Virus record (IMG/VR): IMGVR_UViG_3300027801_000017
Reading direction: 5' to 3' (one strand)
From: an uncultured virus (IMG/VR IMGVR_UViG_3300027801_000017)
Lineage: Duplodnaviria > Heunggongvirae > Uroviricota > Caudoviricetes > Crassvirales
Length of the DNA stretch: 64,000 nucleotides
The notes beneath the pieces are model-generated. The model did not search any database. It worked only from the letters and a program-made list of their open reading frames with translations, and was not told where the DNA came from. Shown piece by piece: positions 28,610 to 39,265 of this stretch (positions within the stretch are counted from its first letter, which is position 1; every line of letters begins with the position of its first letter). The position numbers and the translations under genes are program-made.

Positions 28610-28987
28610 CTATGCTCTTCTCCAGTAAGCGTATTCTACTATACAAGTAGCTGTGTGTGCTTGAACTTCAAGTCCTATAGCTTCTTTTAAAGGTAAGAAC
28701 ATAAATTCTCCAGCTCTTAATTTAGCAAATGTTACTACCCCTGATGCCTGTTTTACTTCTACAAAATTTGTACTATCCATATTTTTTACATAAAAGTATA
28801 CTTCATCTCCAGCCGCTACTGCAGCTGCAGCAGAAAGTAATTCTGTTGGAGCTGTATGTAAAACTGAAGCTCTAGCTATATTGATAGACGGGTTCCCAGT
28901 TGTTAGACTACGTGTTACTGTAATACTTAAAGCATCAGAAGTAGCATCCGTACTTGTTAATGTTAATGTTGGTGTTAATGTTGCCAT
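28610..28987 (-). CDS. Putative virion structural protein
   Basis: 125 aa beta-rich; YVKN...LRAGEFMFLP pattern. Confidence 0.5.
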   Translation of the reverse strand: MATLTPTLTLTSTDATSDALSITVTRSLTTGNPSINIARASVLHTAPTELLSAAAAVAAGDEVYFYVKNMDSTNFVEVKQASGVVTFAKLRAGEFMFLPLKEAIGLEVQAHTATCIVEYAYWRRA

Positions 28988-29013
28988 TTTTTTCTAATTT
29001 TTTAAGTTATTGA

Positions 29014-30114
29014 TTATGATATTACGTGGTCTTCCATTGTAGAAGCTACTGCTACTGTGATAGTTTCATCTAAAGCTAAAGTATCGTATCCTGGTTTCCC
29101 GTAAGTTTTTAATTTTATTTGTGCTTTATCTGCAACTAGAGCATCTCCATCTCCAGGCCCTACTATTACAGCTCTTGAATCATGACCACAAATAATGTTT
29201 TTACATCTCACTAAACCAGATACTGAAGTGTCTGGGAATGCAACTACATTTCCATTTACTGTTAATGTAGCCATATCAGATACAGTAAGTCCTCCTAAAT
29301 GTTGTAAGAAAGAAGTTTTTAAAGCATCCAATGAAGTTTCAACATTTAATATATCGCAGTGTGGAGAATCCATTCCTGCACAATTAGTGTTAGAAGCATC
29401 ATACCATGTAGCCCAGTCATCTGCAGAAGCACCACCAGCTAGTGTTCCTAGCCTGTCAGTAGCAGCTCCAGCAGCTATCGCTCCTTCATAAGTCATTATA
29501 ACTCTATCAGTATTTATCATTAAGTTAACTTCTGAAATAGTATCTGCATCATATACAACACCATTTTTAGAATTTATTTCAACTGCTCTTAATTGATTAG
29601 ATTTAGAGGATACTCCTCTACCATCTGTCATATTTACACAAGGCTCTACGGTTCTGATTACAATAGGTCTTCCGTTATTTTGAGTGTCAGCATATAGCAG
29701 TTCACCTTGAACTTGATAAGCTTCTAAAGCTAATCCAGATTCTGAATTTTGTGTTGTTGCTGTAGTTCCTGATTCATCCATAGACATAGTAGGATTGCTT
29801 CCTCCGTTAATATCTTTGATTTTGAATATTGTTCCAGCGATTAAGTCTGCAGATAAAACATCCATAGTTGCTACTGCGTTTCCTACATTTCCAACACGAA
29901 CATAATCTCCAGCTGTAAGTCCAGTTTGCCCACTAAATGTAAATGTGTTTGAAGCTCCCGCTCCTCCAGTTAATGTTACATCCATCAGTGTTTCTACATT
30001 AGTACCATAGATAATATGCTCGGTACTAAGTAGCATTGTTTTTGCAGCAGCTTTAGTAGTACCAAACTCTTCATGTCCGTACTTTAAAACGCTAACGCTA
30101 ATTAAATTTGCCAT
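29014..30114 (-). CDS. Putative virion structural / auxiliary capsid protein
   Basis: 366 aa, Ala/Gly/Thr-rich; divergent from TerL. Confidence 0.45.
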   Translation of the reverse strand: MANLISVSVLKYGHEEFGTTKAAAKTMLLSTEHIIYGTNVETLMDVTLTGGAGASNTFTFSGQTGLTAGDYVRVGNVGNAVATMDVLSADLIAGTIFKIKDINGGSNPTMSMDESGTTATTQNSESGLALEAYQVQGELLYADTQNNGRPIVIRTVEPCVNMTDGRGVSSKSNQLRAVEINSKNGVVYDADTISEVNLMINTDRVIMTYEGAIAAGAATDRLGTLAGGASADDWATWYDASNTNCAGMDSPHCDILNVETSLDALKTSFLQHLGGLTVSDMATLTVNGNVVAFPDTSVSGLVRCKNIICGHDSRAVIVGPGDGDALVADKAQIKLKTYGKPGYDTLALDETITVAVASTMEDHVIS

Positions 30115-30148
30115 TTTTTTGTTTTTTTGTTATTAATAGATTGATTGA

Positions 30149-30183
30149 TTTGCAAATATACAAAATTTTCGTTATATTTGCAA
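30149..30183. promoter_or_regulatory. Overlapping divergent promoter pair
   Basis: Plus: TTTG(30149)-N20-TATATTTG(30173). Minus: TTG(30183)-N20-TATATTTG(30160-30153). Confidence 0.75.
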
Positions 30184-30188
30184 GTTAT

Positions 30189-32207
30189 ATGGAAAAACCT
30201 ATCTATTTGAACGAAAAGTCCAAGGGTAAGGCGGTAGAAATCTCAGAGTTGAAGATTTGCATTCCCAAAAAACCAAGTAAAGGAATACTGGGTTATAGGA
30301 AATCTAAAGTAAATCAAAAATGGGAAAGAACACCACTGCCAGAAGATTGGGACATATTAGATAGTAAATCCAAGTCTAAATTTATAGAGCAAGAGTTTAC
30401 TCGTAGAGAGCAGGGGGTTTGGTTTTATAATAATGGAGAGCCGACCTATATTACAGGAGCTCATTACTATTACTTAAATTGGGGAAAGATTGATATTGGC
30501 TATCCAGACTATAGAGATAGAGATAGAAGATTTTTTATTTTTTGGGAAGCGTGTGTAAAGGATGATAGATGTTTTGGTATGCAAATGATTAAACACAGGC
30601 GAGAAGGAGCTTCGTGGAAAGGAGCTTGTTTAGCTTTATATTATTCTACATCTAATTATAATGCTCATGGAGGATTGCTTTCTAAAACAGGAGCAGATGC
30701 AAAAGATTTATTTTTCAAGGTGGTAGATATGTTCAGGTCTTTACCCGATTTCTTTCAACCTATTATTGACGGAACAGATAATCCTAAATCTGTATTATCA
30801 TTTAAAAAGCCAGGAGAACGTATCACTAAAACAAATCAATCGGTAAAAAAATCAGAAGCTCTTAATTCAAAGATAGATTGGAGGAATACAAGAAACAATT
30901 CTTATGATTCTGCTAAGTTAAAATACTTTATGTCAGATGAGGCAGGGAAATGGGAGGAAGCAGATGTTTGGAAAAATTGGCAAATTGTTAAACCTTGTCT
31001 TACTCAGGGTAGAAATGTAGTGGGAAAATGCTTTATGCCTTCTACTGTAAATGAGATGACAAAAGGGGGTGGGGATAATTATAAGAGAATATGGGATATG
31101 TCTGATTGTAATGATAGAGATTTTACAGACAGAACACGTTCTGGTCTTTATAGATACTTTACCCCAGTATACGATGGGTTGGAAGGATTTATAGATGATT
31201 ATGGAATGTCTATGGTAAAAGAGGCAAAAGCGTATATGGATGATGTTCGTAAAGGGTTACAACATGATACAAGAGCTTTATCAGAGAATAAAAGACAATA
31301 CCCATATACTCCAGAAGAAGCGTTTAGGTCAGATTCAAAAAATTGTTTATTTGATTCTGAATTATTATATCAACAGATAGAATATGCTGAAGTAGTAAAA
31401 GAAAAATTAACAACCTCTGGTAATTTTATATGGAGAAATAATGAAAAAGATACCGAAGTAGTTTGGATGCCAGATAGAAATGGACGGTGGACTGTTTCTT
31501 GGATACCAGCAAATGAAAGAAGAAATACAACCTCTATGAGAAAGGGAGGAACATTCCCTGGTAATGACGCAACTATAGTATCAGGATGTGACCCTTATGA
31601 CCATAGTACAACAACAGATGGTAGACGTTCAGATGCAGCCGCTTATATATTTAAAAAATATGATATGACAGACCCAGATAATTCACATATTTTTGTTGCA
31701 GAATATATTAATAGACCTCCAAAGGTTGAAGCTTTTTATGAAGACATGGTTAAGCAGTGTATATTTTATGGTTGCCAAATTCTTGTAGAGAATAATAGAG
31801 TGGGACTTATCAATTATTTTGAATTAAGAGGGTATGGTAATTATTTAATGGTAAGACCAGAAACAACGCATACAGCATCTAGTAGAAAACAGGTAACAAA
31901 AGGAATACCAACATCAGGCCAAGTAGTGATTAATGCAATAGCAGATTCTATTCAGGCATATATATATGATAATATAGGAATTAATCCAGTGACAAGTGAA
32001 ATGGGAAAATGCTATTTTACGAGACTATTAGAAGATTGGGTTAGTTTTGATATAGACAATAGAACAAAATATGATGCATCTATGGCTTCAGGAATTACTT
32101 TAATTGCAGCACAAAAATTTGTTGCTGCTAAAGTAGAAAAGAAGCCGTTTATACAATTTGTAAGAAAATATAATAATAATGGAGGAATATCAAAAGTAAT
32201 TAATTAA
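30189..32207 (+). CDS. terL: Terminase large subunit
   Basis: KHRREGAS Walker A variant, SDEAGKW Walker B, GCDPYD nuclease motif; precedes the portal. Confidence 0.9.
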   Translation: MEKPIYLNEKSKGKAVEISELKICIPKKPSKGILGYRKSKVNQKWERTPLPEDWDILDSKSKSKFIEQEFTRREQGVWFYNNGEPTYITGAHYYYLNWGKIDIGYPDYRDRDRRFFIFWEACVKDDRCFGMQMIKHRREGASWKGACLALYYSTSNYNAHGGLLSKTGADAKDLFFKVVDMFRSLPDFFQPIIDGTDNPKSVLSFKKPGERITKTNQSVKKSEALNSKIDWRNTRNNSYDSAKLKYFMSDEAGKWEEADVWKNWQIVKPCLTQGRNVVGKCFMPSTVNEMTKGGGDNYKRIWDMSDCNDRDFTDRTRSGLYRYFTPVYDGLEGFIDDYGMSMVKEAKAYMDDVRKGLQHDTRALSENKRQYPYTPEEAFRSDSKNCLFDSELLYQQIEYAEVVKEKLTTSGNFIWRNNEKDTEVVWMPDRNGRWTVSWIPANERRNTTSMRKGGTFPGNDATIVSGCDPYDHSTTTDGRRSDAAAYIFKKYDMTDPDNSHIFVAEYINRPPKVEAFYEDMVKQCIFYGCQILVENNRVGLINYFELRGYGNYLMVRPETTHTASSRKQVTKGIPTSGQVVINAIADSIQAYIYDNIGINPVTSEMGKCYFTRLLEDWVSFDIDNRTKYDASMASGITLIAAQKFVAAKVEKKPFIQFVRKYNNNGGISKVIN

Positions 32208-34474
32208 TGGAAAACAACCTAAACTATGCAACAGGATACCCAAATCCTATGGCATCAAAAGAAGATAAACAAAAAAAAGAGTTTGGTATACAGTATTTTA
32301 AGAAGATGTATGCCGATTGGAATGGTGATAATAGTTCTCTTTTAAATTTAAAAAGTCAAAGATATGATAGAACTAGAAGATACTCAAGAGGATTACAGGC
32401 TATAAATAAATATAAAAATCTAATTAATTCTAGTGGGGATACTTCTTATCTAAATTTAGATTGGACTGTAATTCCTATTATACCTAAATTTGTAGACGTA
32501 TTAGTTGGTAGTCTTACGAATCAAGATTATCAGGTATTATGTAATGCTATTGACCCTGTATCAACTCAGAAAAGGAAAGATGATAAAATGGATATGGCTG
32601 TAGATATTATGGTAAAAGATTTTGCAAAAACATTAAGTGCTGCTTCAGGAATCCCTATGGGGGCTTCGGATGGGGCTCCAGAGACAAATGAAGAGTTGGA
32701 ATTATACATGCAATTAAATTACAAGCAAGCTACAGAGATTGCACTAGAAGAGGGTATTGATTTAGCTTTTACAATAAATGACTGGGAAGAAATATCTAGA
32801 AGATTAATTAGAGATTTAGTGGATATTAATATATCTGCAACAAAAACATTTTTAGATGCTAATGGTATAGGTATACGATATGTAGACCCAAAATATTTAG
32901 TTACATCTCATACTACTAATCCTGATTTTAAAGATTTATTACATGTTGGAGAAATAAGACAAATAACTATTCAGGAACTTAAAAGAATAGCTGGAGACCA
33001 ATTTACAGAAGATGAGTATTATGATATGGCTCGGAACTTTGTGAGTAAAAATGGTAATCCAAAATCTTTAAGTACTTCCTTAATAGGAAGTCATTTTGAA
33101 GTTGAAAAGTTTACTGTAGATATATTAGATGCTGAATTTAAGTCTGTAGATATTATGCATTATGAAAGAAAGGCAAATAAATATGGAGGGTCTACAGTGA
33201 ATAAAAAAAGTAAAGATTACAAGCCGCCTAAAAAATCTAAATATAAAAGACAACAGGTAAAGCCACAAATTGAAACATGGTATACTGGTAAATGGGTGAT
33301 AGGTACAGATTATGTATTTGATTATGGTTTAAAAGAAAACATGTTAAGACCTAAAAATAATTTAGCAAGAACATTAGGTTCTTATACTGTCTATTCTCCA
33401 GACCACTCTATATTAGACACTAAATCTATGGTAGAGAGAATGATTCCTTTTGCAGACCAAATTCAATTAATACATTTAAAGATGCAGCAACTAATCGCTA
33501 AAACTAGACCAAAAGGAATGGCAATTGAAGTTGGTTCTATTGAAGGCGTGTCCAAAGGAGAGGGGGGGACATTTACTCCTTTAGAGGTTCAAGATATATA
33601 CGAACAAACTGGTAATCTATATTATCGTCTTCAAGATGATTCTGGAGACCCAATGCATGCCAGACCAATACAAGAATTATCAGGAGGAGCTGGGCAATAC
33701 TTGCAAGAATTAATGGCTTCATATAATTATAACTTAGAAAGAATTAGAGATGTTTCTGGTATTAATGAAGTTAGGGATGGCTCTGCTCCTTCAAACGATG
33801 CTTTAGTAGGGGTTCAGAAATTAGCTTTGCTTGCTTCTAATAATGCAACTAGAGGAATTAATCACGCATACATTCATTTGATGGAAGGTGTTGCTAATAG
33901 AACAGCATTAGCTCTTCAAGATTTAGTGAAGTATAAAGGAGCTTATAGTGGTTATATAAGTGCTTTAGGAGAAACAAATATGAAGGTAGTTAATATAACT
34001 AAAGATATATCACCTATAGAGATTGGTATTAAAATTCAAGCATTGCCTGATGAAATAGAAACAGAATTATTAGAACAAAATATTCAACAATCATTAGCGC
34101 AAAAAGAACTTAGATTAGAAGATGCTATTATGATTCGTAATATAAAAAATATTAAACTTGCGAATCAAATGCTAATATTAAGGCGTAAAAAATATACTGA
34201 AGAGCAAATGCAACAAGCGCAGCAACAGGCGCAAATAAATGCTGAGTCTCAACAACAAGCATCTCAGATTGCTTCAGAAATAGCAATGCAGGCGCAACAG
34301 GTTAAGGTTGATGGAGAGATTCAAGTAAAACAATTAGAATTTCAATTAAAAGAACAATTTGCTCAATCTGAACACGAAAGACAATTGGCAATAATTGAAC
34401 GCCAAGGAGATATAAAGTTAGAACATATTCAGGAAGCTGAAGATGACTCAGACCTAGTTAGGATTAAAAAATAA
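32207..34474 (+). CDS. Portal protein
   Basis: 755 aa after TerL; IIPKFVDVLV, SGINEVRDG and Gln-rich coiled tail. Confidence 0.85.
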   Translation: MENNLNYATGYPNPMASKEDKQKKEFGIQYFKKMYADWNGDNSSLLNLKSQRYDRTRRYSRGLQAINKYKNLINSSGDTSYLNLDWTVIPIIPKFVDVLVGSLTNQDYQVLCNAIDPVSTQKRKDDKMDMAVDIMVKDFAKTLSAASGIPMGASDGAPETNEELELYMQLNYKQATEIALEEGIDLAFTINDWEEISRRLIRDLVDINISATKTFLDANGIGIRYVDPKYLVTSHTTNPDFKDLLHVGEIRQITIQELKRIAGDQFTEDEYYDMARNFVSKNGNPKSLSTSLIGSHFEVEKFTVDILDAEFKSVDIMHYERKANKYGGSTVNKKSKDYKPPKKSKYKRQQVKPQIETWYTGKWVIGTDYVFDYGLKENMLRPKNNLARTLGSYTVYSPDHSILDTKSMVERMIPFADQIQLIHLKMQQLIAKTRPKGMAIEVGSIEGVSKGEGGTFTPLEVQDIYEQTGNLYYRLQDDSGDPMHARPIQELSGGAGQYLQELMASYNYNLERIRDVSGINEVRDGSAPSNDALVGVQKLALLASNNATRGINHAYIHLMEGVANRTALALQDLVKYKGAYSGYISALGETNMKVVNITKDISPIEIGIKIQALPDEIETELLEQNIQQSLAQKELRLEDAIMIRNIKNIKLANQMLILRRKKYTEEQMQQAQQQAQINAESQQQASQIASEIAMQAQQVKVDGEIQVKQLEFQLKEQFAQSEHERQLAIIERQGDIKLEHIQEAEDDSDLVRIKK

Positions 34475-34480
34475 TAACAA

Positions 34481-34512
34481 TTTGGATTTTAAATAAAAAT
34501 TCATTATATTTG
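34481..34512 (+). promoter_or_regulatory. Bacteroidetes-type promoter
   Basis: TTTG-N20-TATATTTG(C). Confidence 0.75.
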
Positions 34513-34536
34513 CAAATTAATTAAATTAAATTTACT

Positions 34537-35643
34537 ATGAAAGAAAATAAAGAAATAGCTGAGGCTTTAGGCTATCAGCTAGTAGAGGAATCTGCACCAG
34601 TAGAAGAAACTGTGAAAACGGAAGAAGCTGTTAAGGTAGAAGAATCTACAAAACAAGAGGGGGCTCCAGTATCTGAAAAGAAAGAGGAGTCAACTGAACA
34701 ATTGGATATAACAACCGATTCTTCAGAAGTTACTCAGGAAGTAAAAACTGAAAGTCCTAGTTTTGAAGACCTATTGCTTGAGAAAAGTGGTGGTAAATTT
34801 AAAAGCTATGAAGATTTAGAAAAAACTTTAACTGAAAAACCTCAAGAAACAAAATCTGTTGACTTTGCTAACGAGCAGTTAGAAGTTTTAAATAGATATG
34901 TTAATAATGGAGGTAAGTTAGAAGATTTTTTAAAGACACAAGTTGATTACTCTAGCATGTCCGAAATGGATGTGGTTAAAGCAGAAATGAAATTGAATGA
35001 CCCTGATTTATCAGAGTCAGATATGGATTTTTTAATCAACAAAGAATACCAGTTAGACACTGAAGAGTATGATGAAGATGATGTTAGATTATCAAAAATA
35101 AAGCTTCGTAAAGATGCTAGAAAAGCTAAAACGACTTTAAAGGAATGGCAAGATAATTATGCTATTCCTGAAAATAAAGAATCTGCTGAACCACAACAGG
35201 AGAGGGAACAAACTAACCAACCATCACAAGAAAATCTTGCAAAAGAAAAAGTGAGATGGGAAAAAGCGGTTAATGATTCAGCTTCTAAAATGGAGAAAAT
35301 AGATTTTGAGATAAACGAGAAGGGTGATAAGTTTTCTTTTGCATTATCAGATAATGATAGGCAGGACATGGTTAAAAACACTTCTGATTTATCTAAGTTT
35401 TGGTCTAGATTTATGAATGGAGATGGTACTGAAAATGTAGAGAAGTTGAACAAGACCATGTTTATGGTTGACAATTTTGATAAGATTATTAGAGCCGCTG
35501 CTTCACAATTTAAGTCAGAAGGTAAGGATGCAATATTAGAAGATATTAAAAACCCTAACTATAGTGCTGACAGTAATGTGGAGACTTCAGGTTCTCAATC
35601 TATGCAAGAGCAAATGTACGAAGCTTGGAAAAAACAAAATTAA
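34537..35643 (+). CDS. Putative capsid scaffolding protein
   Basis: Highly acidic helical protein between the portal and capsid genes. Confidence 0.65.
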   Translation: MKENKEIAEALGYQLVEESAPVEETVKTEEAVKVEESTKQEGAPVSEKKEESTEQLDITTDSSEVTQEVKTESPSFEDLLLEKSGGKFKSYEDLEKTLTEKPQETKSVDFANEQLEVLNRYVNNGGKLEDFLKTQVDYSSMSEMDVVKAEMKLNDPDLSESDMDFLINKEYQLDTEEYDEDDVRLSKIKLRKDARKAKTTLKEWQDNYAIPENKESAEPQQEREQTNQPSQENLAKEKVRWEKAVNDSASKMEKIDFEINEKGDKFSFALSDNDRQDMVKNTSDLSKFWSRFMNGDGTENVEKLNKTMFMVDNFDKIIRAAASQFKSEGKDAILEDIKNPNYSADSNVETSGSQSMQEQMYEAWKKQN

Positions 35644-35669
35644 AAATTAACAATTAAAAAAACAAAAAA

Positions 35670-37142
35670 ATGGCAATTCCAAGTGCGTCGCAAGTAGCGA
35701 CAACACAAAATTACATTTCTTCTGCAAACTTTATCGCTGCATCAGCTGGTAAAGGTGCTGGTTTACACAAACCAGAAGTATCAGAAGATTTTGTAAAAAG
35801 ATATGGCAGTCAAAATTTGACTGGCTTTCTAGATGTATTAGGAGCAAAAGCTCCTGTTTCAAACTTTCAATTTTCTCATTATGAAGAAGATTGGATTCAT
35901 CAAAGTTTCACAACTGATGCTGCTGGTGTAACTTTAGCTGGTGGTATAGAGATTCTTATTTCAGATGCTTCTTCTTTAGCAGTAAATGCTTTAGGAGATT
36001 CTACATTCGTTAGACCAGGTGCAGTTATCTTATTAAAAGACGGCTCTATGGGTCTTGTTGTGGCTAAATATACTGTAGGTACTGCAGTGACTGGAGCTGG
36101 AAATTCTTCATTAGAAGGATATACAACTGCTGCTTCTACTACTGCTGCTCCAAATCAGCACGTAATTCATGTTATGAATTATAATGGGACTACAGCTTTA
36201 GCTGTTGCTAATGGTGATACTTTTGCTATTGTAGGTATGGAGTTTGCTGAAGGTACTGGGCAACCAGCTGGTGTTACTCCAAAGGTTTTAGAATACAATA
36301 ATACTTGTATGATTCTTAAAGAGTCTTACCAAGTGTCTGGTTCTGAATCTACAAATAAAATTTGGTTTAAAGTAAACGATGAAGCTACAGGTCAATCAGG
36401 ATACCTTTGGTATTTAAAGGGCGAAGGAGATACTTACCGAAGATTTATGGATTACTCTGAAATGATGATGATTTTAGGTGAGCAAGCTACAGCTACATCT
36501 CTTGTTGGTGCAGGAAATGCATCTGCTGGAATTACTGGTGGTGTAAGAGGTACGACAGGTTTACTTAACTTTATGGGGAACACTCATAATTACAATCAAT
36601 TAGCAGGATTTAACTTATCTGACTTTGATTCTATGATTAGAACTCTTGATAAATTTAAAGGGTCTAGAGAGAATACAGTATGGGCTGGATTAGATTTGTC
36701 TTTAGCTATTGATGATGCAGTAGCTGCAATGTTTGCAGGTGGAGGTATCTCTTATGGTGCATTTAATGGTGCTGAAGAAATCGCTGTTGCAATGGGCTTT
36801 AAATCATTTACTAGAGGAGGTTATACTTTCCATAAGAAAACTTACCAACCATTTACTCATTTACCAATGCTAGGAGCAGCTGGTTTTGATTATGCTGGTA
36901 TGGGTATGGTTATTCCTGGAGATGCTGGTAGAGATGCTAAATCGGGAGATTCTATTCCTGCTTTAAGAGTTCGTTATAAAGCGGCTGAAGGTTATTCTAG
37001 AGAAATGGAGCACTGGTTGACAGGCTCTGCTGGTTTAGCTCAAGCTACTTCTGATGTTGACGAATTAAGGTGTCACTACAGAACGGAAAGAGGTTTTGAA
37101 GGATTTGGTGCAAACCGATTCATCAAGATTGCAAGAGCATAA
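35670..37142 (+). CDS. Major capsid protein
   Basis: 490 aa; position after the scaffold; ILKESYQVSGS and GTTGLL motifs; hairpin downstream. Confidence 0.85.
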   Translation: MAIPSASQVATTQNYISSANFIAASAGKGAGLHKPEVSEDFVKRYGSQNLTGFLDVLGAKAPVSNFQFSHYEEDWIHQSFTTDAAGVTLAGGIEILISDASSLAVNALGDSTFVRPGAVILLKDGSMGLVVAKYTVGTAVTGAGNSSLEGYTTAASTTAAPNQHVIHVMNYNGTTALAVANGDTFAIVGMEFAEGTGQPAGVTPKVLEYNNTCMILKESYQVSGSESTNKIWFKVNDEATGQSGYLWYLKGEGDTYRRFMDYSEMMMILGEQATATSLVGAGNASAGITGGVRGTTGLLNFMGNTHNYNQLAGFNLSDFDSMIRTLDKFKGSRENTVWAGLDLSLAIDDAVAAMFAGGGISYGAFNGAEEIAVAMGFKSFTRGGYTFHKKTYQPFTHLPMLGAAGFDYAGMGMVIPGDAGRDAKSGDSIPALRVRYKAAEGYSREMEHWLTGSAGLAQATSDVDELRCHYRTERGFEGFGANRFIKIARA

Positions 37143-37161
37143 GTAGTATATATATGTAAGG

Positions 37162-37192
37162 TTAGAGAGGGGGTTAATCCCCCCTCATCTAA
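37162..37192 (+). terminator. Hairpin/terminator after the capsid gene
   Basis: GAGGGGG.../...CCCCCTC stem. Confidence 0.6.
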
Positions 37193-37231
37193 TTAAAATT
37201 ATTAAATTAAATTAAATTAAATTATATTAAA

Positions 37232-38140
37232 ATGAACAATTCTTTTTACAAAAAATCTACACTCAGTAGATTAAAATCAGTCCCAATAGTTTTCAGACTA
37301 AAAAAAGGTTTAGCAAAATCTAATCCTTATGGAGAGGGCTCAAAACACAATATGACATACAGACTACCTTCTGTTGATGAAATATTTGATGTTGAAAAAA
37401 ATACAAACAGAAAGATACAATATGTTCTTGGTGAAGAAAGTGTTTTTGCTAAAGAACAATCAGATAATCCTGTATTGGCAGATATTATATTTGTTAATGG
37501 AGCTTTAATAGCAACAGCACAGCAGGTAAATTTATTAAAATATTTAGAATTATCAAATTATAATGATTCTAATCCTAATAGAATGCCTGGTAAAACTGCT
37601 CTTTTTTATAAGGTAAATATAGAATCAGACACTAAAGATACCGTAGAAACTATGGAAGTAGAAGCTGATGCATTATATACAGCTCGTTCTATGGAACCAC
37701 AGAAATTAGTAGGATATGCTAGAACTATAGGTGTTAATACAGATAGAAGTATGTATGAAATCAAGCATGATGTAATGTCATTTGCTAGAGATAATCCATC
37801 TGAATTTCTAAAAAGTATTGATGACCCTAGAACAGAGCGTAAGCAAGTAATATTAGACGCTATAGATTATGGTATTATTGTTTTCTCTCATCATGCAAAT
37901 GAAATAAATTGGGTAATGGGTACAAAGAAACCAATTATCATGCATACTCCTGTAGGAGTAGAAAAATTAGATTATTTCGTAGAGTATACGTTTGATTCTG
38001 AAGGAGAAGATGTTTATAAAGAAATTCAGAAAAAAATGAAGAGAATGGACTCTATAGATGAGATAGAAGAAGTTAAGGAAATGGTTATTGATGAAGAGGT
38101 TATTGTGAAGAAAAAACTAACCAAGAAGAATATTAATTAA
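37232..38140 (+). CDS. Conserved hypothetical protein downstream of the capsid gene
   Basis: 302 aa; IIFVNGAL and FARDNPSEFL motifs. Confidence 0.55.
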   Translation: MNNSFYKKSTLSRLKSVPIVFRLKKGLAKSNPYGEGSKHNMTYRLPSVDEIFDVEKNTNRKIQYVLGEESVFAKEQSDNPVLADIIFVNGALIATAQQVNLLKYLELSNYNDSNPNRMPGKTALFYKVNIESDTKDTVETMEVEADALYTARSMEPQKLVGYARTIGVNTDRSMYEIKHDVMSFARDNPSEFLKSIDDPRTERKQVILDAIDYGIIVFSHHANEINWVMGTKKPIIMHTPVGVEKLDYFVEYTFDSEGEDVYKEIQKKMKRMDSIDEIEEVKEMVIDEEVIVKKKLTKKNIN

Positions 38141-38162
38141 TCACACATTCATATCTAGTGAG

Positions 38163-38187
38163 AGGGCTGCCGTTTGGCGGCCCTTTT
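38163..38187 (+). terminator. Intrinsic terminator
   Basis: AGGGCTGCC-GTTT-GGCGGCCCT followed by TTT. Confidence 0.8.
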
Positions 38188-38188
38188 G

Positions 38189-38219
38189 TTTGATATATCC
38201 TATAAATTTCGTATATTTG
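38189..38219 (+). promoter_or_regulatory. Bacteroidetes-type promoter
   Basis: TTTG-N19-TATATTTG. Confidence 0.75.
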
Positions 38220-38247
38220 TAAACTTTAATATTTTAGTATACTTTCC

Positions 38248-39264
38248 ATGAAAATAACTTTTAATAATAGTCATATACGCTCAGAACAATCTATTACTGT
38301 ACAATTTGAAAATTATGTATCAGCAGATTGGTCTGGAGGACACGTAGAGCTTGTCCCACCTTTTGGTACTAAAGTTACAAAAACTTTAACCTCTGAGTCC
38401 GTATATAAATTCTCTAGAGAAGATAAAACATTATTAGACGGCTCTAATAGAGTGGCTGATGATTGTAATTTGGAGCCAACAGAAACAATTAAAAAAGGAG
38501 ATTTTAAAAGAGGAAAATGGATTGTTAATTATAAAGATGCCGCAGGAACAATCACAAGTGAGTCTTTTCTTATTAAAGAACCTCGTATTGATATTGATTA
38601 TAATGTAAACATTTCAAATTCTACCTGTAGGATTTATGATAAAACAAATTATAAGATGAATGGCGGAATGCCTGTAACAAAATCATATAGCTTAAAATTT
38701 ACTGCTCCTGCTGTAAAATGTCCTGATACAAATACAATGGGATTAACTTATACTGCTCCAGAGTCTTGGAATAGTGGCTCCCTAATGTATATTAACAATA
38801 GAGCATCTAAGGCTGTAGCGTCAACTGAAGATGACGAATTTATCATAACACCAATATATAATTCAACTTATTATATTCGTTATGAATCTGAATTTGCTTA
38901 TAATTTTACAGCTACAGCAATAACATCAACAGATGATTCGGGAGCTACAGCAACCAGTTCTGAAGGGGCAGAGGGGACAAGTGTATTTTATGAAACAGGA
39001 AAAGTGGCAATGGGATTACCTGTTAGTATTCAAAGTCCATCTGAAATCATTTGTGAAATATGGGAAAGAATTAAAGATATAGATATAAAATATAAACAAG
39101 CTCTTTGTAAGAATACAGTATTAGCTGATAAATTAAGAGATATATTAGATAGAGCATTACAATTACATATATTAGCTAAAAAAGCAATAGAAATAGGGAA
39201 TACGACATTAGCTTTATTATATTTAGATAAAATTGTTGATATAACAAAAACTAGATTAATTTAA
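38248..39264 (+). CDS. Putative virion protein with C-terminal Cys/helical module
   Basis: Shares the C...Y...C...LDRALQL module with three other ORFs. Confidence 0.55.
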   Translation: MKITFNNSHIRSEQSITVQFENYVSADWSGGHVELVPPFGTKVTKTLTSESVYKFSREDKTLLDGSNRVADDCNLEPTETIKKGDFKRGKWIVNYKDAAGTITSESFLIKEPRIDIDYNVNISNSTCRIYDKTNYKMNGGMPVTKSYSLKFTAPAVKCPDTNTMGLTYTAPESWNSGSLMYINNRASKAVASTEDDEFIITPIYNSTYYIRYESEFAYNFTATAITSTDDSGATATSSEGAEGTSVFYETGKVAMGLPVSIQSPSEIICEIWERIKDIDIKYKQALCKNTVLADKLRDILDRALQLHILAKKAIEIGNTTLALLYLDKIVDITKTRLI

Positions 39265-39265
39265 A

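Noticed and set aside
37196..37225. AAATT pentamer tandem repeat (also near 34515)
   Set aside because: Low-complexity AT-rich leader sequence; nothing supports a specific function
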